IMG/VR virus record: IMGVR_UViG_3300030330_004154
Coordinates: 1-64,000 of that record
From: a virus
Taxonomy: Duplodnaviria; Caudoviricetes
Reading direction: 5' to 3' (one strand)
Length of the DNA: 64,000 nucleotides
Positions 57,901-64,000 of this stretch are shown piece by piece. How positions within the stretch are numbered: the first letter of the stretch is position 1; each line of letters begins with the position of its first letter. The notes beneath the pieces were generated by a model that had not been told where the DNA came from, made no database searches, and saw nothing but the letters and a program-made list of their open reading frames with translations. The translations under genes and the position numbers were made by a program.

Positions 57901-60900
57901 CTTTTTCATGAACCCCCGTGTACGCATCCATAGCCTTTGTTATGGCGAAAACCGCTCCAACCGCAGCGCCAACACCTATAGTAAGTGCGTTCATTGGTAA
58001 GCCAAGACTACTAACTAAAAATCCAAAGGTGGATAGCATCATAACTGTATTACCAAGCTCATTCTGCACAGCGCCCATTCCTTCAGTAGCGCCTTCGACC
58101 CGTGGTATAAATGCTGCCATACTGGTGGCTGCCATCATAATTCCCATTGCGCCCATGCCGCCCATGCCACCACCGGCAACCGCTGCGCCCCGTTGATCCC
58201 TTTGGGCCTTACGTTCGGCGGCTTTAGCTGCTTTTTCATCTGCTATAGCAGCTTTTCTTGCAGCTTTTTCTAAAGATTGAATAGAAACGCCACCCTTTTT
58301 CATACCTGCGGCAAGAGCCTTGGTTGCGCTATCGCCCTTGTTGATAGAGCCAATAAACGCAGACATAGCTGCTTTTGTTTTTCTGGCAGACGCCCCCTGC
58401 TGCTGCAACATGCGTTGTAAATCTTTACTAGCAAAAGCAGTACCCTGCGCTGGATTAGCAATAGGACCACGAACAGCATTAGCACTTGCACTTAACTTGC
58501 CAGCAGTTTTTTGTGTTTGAGTTGCGGCTCTATCTAGAGGTCCAATGATTTTTTTTACAGAACCGGCAATACCTGTAGAAACTTTACCAAAAGCTTCTTG
58601 AATTTTAGGAGCTTGTCCCTTTAAACTAGTAGCACCTCGCTGAATACTTTGTTTATATTGATCAAGGCCAGACTTTAGATTTGACGCACCTTGTTGTGCA
58701 ACCTGTTTTACTCGGTTGAACCCATCCTTTAATTTATTTTCACCTTGCCTTACCTTGTCTCCAACTTTAGCAAATTGATTTCTTAGATTTTGAGATGTAG
58801 TTTTAAATCCTTCGCTTTGCTTAAAATTAGTAACAGCTTGTTGAGCGCTCTGTCCAACACTTTTGAATTTACTGGGAACATCTTTAATTGCACTAGAAAC
58901 ACTTTTTAAGCCTCTAGCTAATAAACCTGCTTCTTTCTTTACTTCACCTCCCCCAGAGGACTGATTAGAGGCACGTCTTTGCGCTGCCGCAGCTACGTTT
59001 ATACCACTGTTAGTTATATTACCAAAGTTAACACCGCCACCATTAGCAAATTCAACAGGTCCACCTTTTGCATAACCTTTAACGCCCTGTTTGTTCATGC
59101 GGTTAAGGTTAGAGTAGCCAATACTCTTAGCAGCAGATTTATTAAAGACAAACTCACCGGGGGTTAGAAGCGCAGGAACTGTATCTGACCCAGAAATACC
59201 ACCACCAGAAGCTAATTTTCTTCTGCCTGTCGCTCTAATTTTAGCTCCAGAAATGAAACCAGCAGCAATATCGTTTGCCAATTTTCTCTGTATGTTTCCT
59301 TTAACTTCTCCAAAGCTTCTTTTTGCTTCTGCTTTTTTAAGATTGCCAATTAAACCGGGACTACCAAAAAGAGTTCCTAGCTTCTTTTTATTTTGAGATA
59401 TAGCAGAGCGAGGAAAGTCAAAATTAGCACGACCGCCAGCAGCAACAGCGCCAGTTAAGGCAGAAATCATACCTTCAAATATATATCCCTCAACGGTAGA
59501 TGAAACCGCTTTGTCTTTCTTGATATTGCCAATAACTTTTCTTAATGCATTTTCATTAGTGTCAATGGCTGGTGGTAAGTCTAATAATTTAGAGCCTTTT
59601 ACCGTAGAAATAGTGCTTTCAATTGCTTTCGTAATTCCAGCATCAAACCCTTTACTAACAGCGCCTGCGTATTGCTTGTTCTTTCTCATGCCCGCTTCAC
59701 CCTCGGCAGCACCGGGGTAGAAAACTGGATAAGTTGCTGGAGCTTTCAGTACAGCCCTGACTCCACCTCTAATATCTTTATCTGATAATCCAGCTTGTCT
59801 TGCCGCCAATCTAGCAAGTCTATTTCCCGGAGGTAAAACAAATGGCTGGTCTTTAGTTTGCGTATATGTACTGTCAGTACCTTTAGGTGGATTTAAAACA
59901 AAAGCGCCAACTTGACCCGGAACTACATCAAATGCAACTTGACCTGCTCCTGCACCCCCGTCCTTTCTAGATTTTAATTGCTTGGTGGAGCCAGTTATTT
60001 TTGCGCCGTTTTTAAATCTATTTTCATTCATCTGCGCAAGAGTTCCAGCACCCAAACTCTTTACGCTGCTCTTCTTTATTACAAATTCACCGGGAGTAAG
60101 CATAGCTGGAACTGTATCGCGATTACCGGTCCCCGGAACCACACCGCCTCTTGCAAACCCAGTAGGGCTTGCTCCACCTCTAAGACCAGAACCAATTCCT
60201 CTGGCAAAACCAGCAGCACCTCTAGCAAACTTAATTGCTGCAAACGTAGTCAGAAGTGGCAGTAGAGGTTTTATGGCATCTGCTATTTTAATAAGCGCAC
60301 TAGCAAGCTCAAGAGAGGTTTTCACCATTAATTGAAAACTGCCAGTTTGACTAATACTTCTAATGAGAGCTAAAAACTCTTCTTTAACTTTTGCTATTTG
60401 AACAGCAAGTGCTTGTTGAGCTTTCGCAGCATCTTTAGTTAAACTATCTCCACCTTCCAGTGCGGCCTGTCTAGCTCTTTCAGCAGTTTCAAACTGCTGC
60501 AAAAGAGGAATAACTTTACCAATCTGTCTAAATCCACCAAGCTCTTCTGCTATTCTAACAAATCTAATGTCGCCCTGCTCCAGTCCAGAAAGAGCTTGAC
60601 TTAATTGCCTAATAGCTTCAAACGGACCAATAAATTTACCATTAAGATCAGTAAGTTCAACGCCAAACTGTTTAAGGAATTCTATAGTTTTAGGTCTTTG
60701 AATACGTGTAAAGATAGTACGCAAACCAGTTGCAATACTTTCTGCACTTTCACGGGTAGTAGCACGAACACTTGTGAACAGCGCTATCAGTTCATTCAAA
60801 TCGCCACCAGCAGCTTTAAACACACCACCAGTACGACGAATAACACTAATCAAGTCACCAGATTCAACAGCAAACTGACCAGCAACCCTGTTGATAGCAC

Positions 60901-61513
60901 CAAGCTGTCTTTCTAGCTCACCCACGCCCTTGCCAAACTGAGCAAGAATAGCAACAGCGCCCTCGGCAGTTTTTGTTATATCATCAAAGGTTGGAGCTAA
61001 TTCTGTTTTAGCCAGAGTTCTAAGTGCGACTTTTAAATCGCTTGCTTGTATACCAGCTTGAGATAAGATCCTACCGACAGATAAGATAGACTTACTAGAA
61101 ACACCTAAAGATGTAGCTAGTTCTGTAATTGTATTTTCAAGACCTTTCAACTGGGCCATAGTTTTCCCAGTCACCTGAGAGATCTTGATCATCTCTCTTT
61201 CAAAAGCAATCGCTTCTTTGGTTGCATTAGCCAACCCGCTTGTAAAAAGACTAACTGCCCTAGTAGCAATAGTAAACGCACCAAACCTACGTATAGACGC
61301 ACCAAAAGCCTTGCCCATTTTATTGGCTTGCGTTGTTGCTTGCTTGGTGGCTTTATTTAAGTTATTAACCTGCCGGGAAGCCTGTTGACCCCCTTTTAGA
61401 TTAATTTGTGCATTAACGCCCCTTAACTGCCGTTGTATTTGGTTTACAACCTGACGAGTATTAGTGGGCGCTTGTAATTGTACTTGCGCGGTTAAAACGA
61501 ATCGTGAAGCCAT
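54908..61513 (-). CDS. Tail tape measure protein (2201 aa)
   Basis: A/G/K-rich helical protein; TP901-type core (EMIKISQVTG..L..SLGVS..LSQAG..TRESAESIATGLRTIFTRI); glycine-rich hydrophobic segments; three DTVPA(M/L)LTPGEFV motifs. Confidence 0.92.
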   Translation of the reverse strand: MASRFVLTAQVQLQAPTNTRQVVNQIQRQLRGVNAQINLKGGQQASRQVNNLNKATKQATTQANKMGKAFGASIRRFGAFTIATRAVSLFTSGLANATKEAIAFEREMIKISQVTGKTMAQLKGLENTITELATSLGVSSKSILSVGRILSQAGIQASDLKVALRTLAKTELAPTFDDITKTAEGAVAILAQFGKGVGELERQLGAINRVAGQFAVESGDLISVIRRTGGVFKAAGGDLNELIALFTSVRATTRESAESIATGLRTIFTRIQRPKTIEFLKQFGVELTDLNGKFIGPFEAIRQLSQALSGLEQGDIRFVRIAEELGGFRQIGKVIPLLQQFETAERARQAALEGGDSLTKDAAKAQQALAVQIAKVKEEFLALIRSISQTGSFQLMVKTSLELASALIKIADAIKPLLPLLTTFAAIKFARGAAGFARGIGSGLRGGASPTGFARGGVVPGTGNRDTVPAMLTPGEFVIKKSSVKSLGAGTLAQMNENRFKNGAKITGSTKQLKSRKDGGAGAGQVAFDVVPGQVGAFVLNPPKGTDSTYTQTKDQPFVLPPGNRLARLAARQAGLSDKDIRGGVRAVLKAPATYPVFYPGAAEGEAGMRKNKQYAGAVSKGFDAGITKAIESTISTVKGSKLLDLPPAIDTNENALRKVIGNIKKDKAVSSTVEGYIFEGMISALTGAVAAGGRANFDFPRSAISQNKKKLGTLFGSPGLIGNLKKAEAKRSFGEVKGNIQRKLANDIAAGFISGAKIRATGRRKLASGGGISGSDTVPALLTPGEFVFNKSAAKSIGYSNLNRMNKQGVKGYAKGGPVEFANGGGVNFGNITNSGINVAAAAQRRASNQSSGGGEVKKEAGLLARGLKSVSSAIKDVPSKFKSVGQSAQQAVTNFKQSEGFKTTSQNLRNQFAKVGDKVRQGENKLKDGFNRVKQVAQQGASNLKSGLDQYKQSIQRGATSLKGQAPKIQEAFGKVSTGIAGSVKKIIGPLDRAATQTQKTAGKLSASANAVRGPIANPAQGTAFASKDLQRMLQQQGASARKTKAAMSAFIGSINKGDSATKALAAGMKKGGVSIQSLEKAARKAAIADEKAAKAAERKAQRDQRGAAVAGGGMGGMGAMGIMMAATSMAAFIPRVEGATEGMGAVQNELGNTVMMLSTFGFLVSSLGLPMNALTIGVGAAVGAVFAITKAMDAYTGVHEKATKAIEEGDVANAGATAAASQAASDANKLAMGAAAAGAAIGTVLLPGLGTAAGAIVGGLGGAAVGVAAKLGLTEDALAFFRDNVLTLFGADSTDVIKAKAEAEASAARRTNELAAASKAASEALKEVKDGAKTIQEAFQSGSFTGGLRAVAKDNAIQLASGDRVRGQTTAKAGRGGLLAEVIGIGVMNAAAFGVGGQVASLAKASGADVGMFDPEKLGDNIGAYIGLWDDAATRTKTALTNARLERKKQEEALNKQLVAQLQAPEFKKGFDELVKNAAGTAASLGRTAPTLDSIISQMGEEGALVRKALDLDSNLKKQFEDQVKAMGEAAKENAAFLKSLNFGLKDVTSGITAFNTNLDNITESSKTGYNSLTIATNTLAAVVSGAGAAISQSDLDSSLNAVASSFSAFGATTEQVDVLTGTLQGFNDAQVNANAALETLRSNLSAGDITSGASLGKVQKDFKAALLGTIPDSSPIKDRLTNAFNGIGDLTKEEIEQFYNTGDASPILQKAFGPLGEQIQKQILGPMKEMESVNAKLIKATEERRKAELKLIDAQKKAIDNQIEAAKNLEFFGGDKFTPEREFAARRQQANLSLRDAGVAGLTTGSASDIRRASEDVLNRFSRQQSAQNAAILNSGGKSGAFGDRAGVDADRRSELKAANQALITITKQGIEQRKQELELIRKKNQAEKSALDSLLGGDVESFFNQAIGAAAGSALRTGDAAAASLFGAGALGKGLQGLQGTGLSDAENKRAAQLAFGSFGLGGRAAEVFTGTTTEEERIKAEGRELSQLQSQLGDQAANMESMDVTAKQVIINTQDAKFREIQSRVNQNQAALGLSRGGPVYASRGMFIPRGTDTVPAMLTPGEFVVNRAAVQRGNNLQILRSMNSNSAPTQALSSGGSVRYRANGSTGPEGPGGIDFSKFEEMVNKFQEVTDKLGNVNIKHMFEKLGTLDINHMFNGNMQQAFKDEILAEAGDMMSRSKFNSDGSITTSDRSVLG

Positions 61514-61549
61514 GATTTCCCTTAGTTAATAATGACCACACTATCCAAT

Positions 61550-62362
61550 CTAACTATCCGTTGTGCTTTTGGTTCTTGTAGTCTTTTTCGTTGGAGCTTT
61601 TTTAGCTGGAGCTTTCTTTGCCGCTGGTCTCAAATCGTTTTCATATTGAACCTTTGGTGCTTCAGCGTTAAGTTCTTCTTTTTTAAGAATAACATTAAAG
61701 TCTTCATCTACTAAATTACCGTCAAAATCAATTAGTGCCAAACTTTCCCCGTCAGCTAATTTTTGTTTAATCAAGAAGTCATTCTCTGGCAAAGTTGCCT
61801 CAAAAGAATCCGTAAGATTGTACATCAATTGTCCCAAAGCTGCTGCTGCGGTAAATGCGGTATCTGTAGAATCATTCTCATAATCTCCTACGCTATTATA
61901 CACCTTTTCGTTGGTATCTTTATAAAATGTACAACAGGTAACAAGAAAGTCAAATCGGGCATTATCTGCGAGGGATTCCGTAGTATTAGACTCTAATTCT
62001 ATTTTCTCGGAAAGAAGATCTCTATATTCTACCCTTTTTTTACGTAATTCAATTGCTATACTTCTGGCCTCAGATAGCTTAACCTTTCTTTTTCCGGGTC
62101 TAATTAGTTTATCTTGTAGTGCATTAATAGACTTTTCCAAAGCCAAACTTTCTTTTTGTTTGTCTTTATCCCAGATTTTCCGCTCTTCTAGATACCGTTT
62201 TAACTGTACCTTGGACATAATATCTGGATCAGATTTAAATCTACTCCAACTCTTAACCCTGACCTTTTCTGCGCGAGTTAGTTCACCATTGGTAGGTTTT
62301 CTAACATAGATTTCTACCTTGGTTCCGTCTTCTTTTATTACTTCTCTATCTAGTCTTTTCAT
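61550..62362 (-). CDS. Putative tail assembly chaperone (G-like, 270 aa)
   Basis: Directly upstream of the tape measure; IYVRKPT..E motif; paralogous to 62726..63766; basic PAKKA tail. Confidence 0.55.
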   Translation of the reverse strand: MKRLDREVIKEDGTKVEIYVRKPTNGELTRAEKVRVKSWSRFKSDPDIMSKVQLKRYLEERKIWDKDKQKESLALEKSINALQDKLIRPGKRKVKLSEARSIAIELRKKRVEYRDLLSEKIELESNTTESLADNARFDFLVTCCTFYKDTNEKVYNSVGDYENDSTDTAFTAAAALGQLMYNLTDSFEATLPENDFLIKQKLADGESLALIDFDGNLVDEDFNVILKKEELNAEAPKVQYENDLRPAAKKAPAKKAPTKKTTRTKSTTDS

Positions 62363-62363
62363 C

Positions 62364-62723
62364 TTATTCCTCCGATTTAGGTTCCTTAACTGGAATATTA
62401 ACAGAATATCTTAGCCATTTAATGTCATATTGACTTAACTCAGCATCCACATTTCTAGCTTGAGTATTACCCTTATCAAGTATTTCTGACCTTAGTTTTT
62501 GGTAAAGATCATACATCAATTTTTGTTGTTCCGACATCTCCCCTTCAAAGTCCCAAAGAAAACCAAAATGTTCTTCTATAGAACTAAGAGCGCCAATCAT
62601 AGTTGTTTGAACTTTCTTTTTTAATATCTTGGCTAACCTCTCCTTGGAGTCCGACCTATATTTTTGGTCTCTTATAGATTTATATTCGACCTGATTTTGA
62701 ATCAAGTCGTCAAAGTTTTCCAT
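62364..62723 (-). CDS. Hypothetical helical protein (119 aa)
   Basis: AGGAG SD; tightly packed between the two chaperone-like genes. Confidence 0.7.
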   Translation of the reverse strand: MENFDDLIQNQVEYKSIRDQKYRSDSKERLAKILKKKVQTTMIGALSSIEEHFGFLWDFEGEMSEQQKLMYDLYQKLRSEILDKGNTQARNVDAELSQYDIKWLRYSVNIPVKEPKSEE

Positions 62724-62725
62724 AT

Positions 62726-63766
62726 CTATCTCCTAAAATTGTTTTTAAATTTCTCATGAGCCATATTTCCTAATCTCATTTTTTGATCCGCAAAGTCTAA
62801 GTCAACTGCCGAACCCTTTTGTTTAATAACTTGTTCTCTTTCTTTCTTTATAACCTTTGATGTTGTAGAGTTCATTTCATGAACATTTTGTGCATCTTTT
62901 TGATTATCTGCAAATACTATAATTTCTTGCGAGTTTCTAATCTTATCATTTTGTATAGAATCTTCAATTACACCAACGGCTTTTTCTCTTTCATTTTTTC
63001 TTCTTTGTTCAATAAACCAGCCGTCCAGCGCATCGTCATCTTCAATAACTTTCTCAGAGGGGCATTCCATTGACTCTTGTATATTATCATACATTCTAGA
63101 CCAAATTAACAAATTTCTTTGATCTACAGATAGTTCTCTATTTGTCTTGTTAAAAAGATTAAAAGTGTTGGTTTCTCTTAAACTCCATATTGAACGCCAA
63201 GGGTCTGATCTGGCAATTTCTCTACAGTCGCCCTCTTTTAGTATTAGAGAGTAATACTTATTTAATAAATCATTCAGTTCTACAGAATCTGGATCTAGCT
63301 TCTCGCCGCCAACATAACTGCAAGCTTCAAGCAAGAACATGCTTTTATCTAGCTGCGCAATTCCTTCGCAGGTATTGCCATAGTAGGCGTTCTTTTTATT
63401 TTCCATCTGCTTCAGCCCCTCTTCTGCGGCCCTTAGATAAATTCTAGCCGACTCTCTTAATTTTCCGTTGTTAAACTTCTTATATACATTTATCTTTAAA
63501 TTTTCTATTTCCTTGTTTACTTCCTTTATTTTTAAGTCTTCTTCGTATGTCCATAGTCCATTTTCTAACATCCACTCGGTGCATTCTTCTTGAGTCATTA
63601 TGTCGTCATTCATAGATTCGTAATATGAACGCTCATAAACCTCACAAGACTCAAACTCTTCTTCTATTGTGGGTGTCAATACTTTTATATTAAATTTATT
63701 GTAAGGCACTTTATATATGCCAGATCGTATCCTAAAAACTAAAAACTCCCGCTCAGATAAGTCCAT
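62726..63766 (-). CDS. Putative tail assembly chaperone (GT-like: G-like domain plus C-terminal extension, 346 aa)
   Basis: ATG 63766 follows GAGG; N-terminal half aligns by eye with 61550..62362; located between the tube-like gene and the tape measure. Confidence 0.55.
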   Translation of the reverse strand: MDLSEREFLVFRIRSGIYKVPYNKFNIKVLTPTIEEEFESCEVYERSYYESMNDDIMTQEECTEWMLENGLWTYEEDLKIKEVNKEIENLKINVYKKFNNGKLRESARIYLRAAEEGLKQMENKKNAYYGNTCEGIAQLDKSMFLLEACSYVGGEKLDPDSVELNDLLNKYYSLILKEGDCREIARSDPWRSIWSLRETNTFNLFNKTNRELSVDQRNLLIWSRMYDNIQESMECPSEKVIEDDDALDGWFIEQRRKNEREKAVGVIEDSIQNDKIRNSQEIIVFADNQKDAQNVHEMNSTTSKVIKKEREQVIKQKGSAVDLDFADQKMRLGNMAHEKFKNNFRR

Positions 63767-63790
63767 GCAGAACCTCGTCACGGGAGTTTT
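63742..63790 (-). promoter_or_regulatory. Extended hairpin covering the SD and start codon of 62726..63766
   Basis: AAAACTCCCG-tgacg-AGGTTC-tgcat-GGACTT-atctgag-CGGGAGTTTT: a 10-bp perfect outer stem and a 6-bp inner stem (two G-U pairs), followed by TAGTTTTT. Confidence 0.7.
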
Positions 63791-63800
63791 CGTTATTCAT
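63753..63800 (-). CDS. Putative 15-aa leader peptide MNNENSRDEVLHGLI
   Basis: AAAGGA SD 7 nt before the ATG; runs through the hairpin and stops just past the downstream ATG, in a different frame. Confidence 0.45.
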   Translation of the reverse strand: MNNENSRDEVLHGLI

Positions 63801-63842
63801 GTTAATGTCCTTTAAAATCCTAATGTAACCACAAGCAGTATC

Positions 63843-63998
63843 TTACCAGTGAGCTTGTGTTGCAGTTTTTCCAGACAAAGAGGGCCAGTGTCTGATTTCA
63901 AAAACGTTAAAGTTAGTATAACTGTAGGTGCAAGCAGCATTTCCTCCACCAGCGTCACCTCCTCCATAACTAACACTTGACAGTCTGTTTCTTGAACC
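63843..63998 (-). CDS. C-terminus of a probable major tail (tube) protein (5'-partial)
   Basis: A frame missing from the ORF track reads GSRNRLSSVSYGGGDAGGGNAACTYSYTNFNVFEIRHWPSLSGKTATQAHW*. Beta-hairpin pattern and position before chaperones and tape measure fit a tube protein. Confidence 0.6.
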   Translation of the reverse strand, partial: GSRNRLSSVSYGGGDAGGGNAACTYSYTNFNVFEIRHWPSLSGKTATQAHW

Positions 63999-64000
63999 AA

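Noticed and set aside
61570-61630. PAAKKAPAKKAPTKK repeat as a histone-like domain
   Set aside because: Only a short low-complexity basic tail; too little to support a function.
61514-61700. Classical -1 slippery site producing gpGT from the 270-aa gene
   Set aside because: The A-run (CTT AAA AAA GAA) is not phased as X XXY YYZ, and there is no downstream T ORF before the tape measure.
447-63447. Numerous 60-170 aa antisense or alternate-frame ORFs in the track (e.g. 16343..16858, 54975..55376, 30907..31317)
   Set aside because: They lie within well-supported genes, lack SDs and motifs, and are expected shadow ORFs.
63812-64000. 62-aa ORF from the supplied track (MVQETDCQ...)
   Set aside because: Wrong frame. 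The overlapping frame ending at 63843 gives a more protein-like tube-type C-terminus.
1-64000. Stop-codon reassignment
   Set aside because: Very long ORFs are intact under the standard code, and TAA, TAG (e.g. 7055, 25364) and TGA (e.g. 2947) all end genes at sensible boundaries.
1-64000. CRISPR array, tRNA, rRNA or IS element
   Set aside because: Intergenic gaps are about 110 nt or less; I saw no spaced direct repeats, cloverleafs or transposase motifs.

Overview
This window is a gene-dense, AT-rich segment of a large tailed bacteriophage genome. It uses the standard genetic code, Shine-Dalgarno starts and overlapping stop/start codons. A DUF1501 gene suggests a Planctomycetota-like host (inference). 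Two blocks converge at a terminator near 28.8 kb. The + strand block (1-28772) encodes DUF1501, a PAP2 phosphatase, a mosaic protein, an intein-free DnaE split in two around a DEDDh exonuclease, an SSB, and a ~21 kb glycan locus. That locus has GT4, GT2, GT11 and GT-D-like transferases, two methyltransferases, RmlA/B/C, a DegT aminotransferase, Fcl, a PseB/CapD-like dehydratase and a carbamoyltransferase, and is interrupted by an endonuclease/SSAP/Zn-ribbon trio. The - strand block (28832-64000) is tail morphogenesis: the end of a probable tail tube gene, two paralogous chaperone-like genes, a 2201-aa tape measure and several giant tail-tip proteins, one with seven FG-GAP blades. The best candidates for new biology are: (1) a phage-encoded virion glycosylation system whose likely acceptors are strongly enriched in Ser-Gly; (2) a tape measure with three copies of the gpH-type processing motif bracketing a PD-(D/E)xK-like cargo domain; (3) G/GT-type chaperones made by gene duplication, with a leader peptide and RBS-occluding hairpin apparently replacing the usual frameshift; (4) a three-gene DnaE-N/exonuclease/DnaE-C replicase; (5) systematic CCWGG avoidance. 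All calls come from motif reading and manual counts; no database searches were run.
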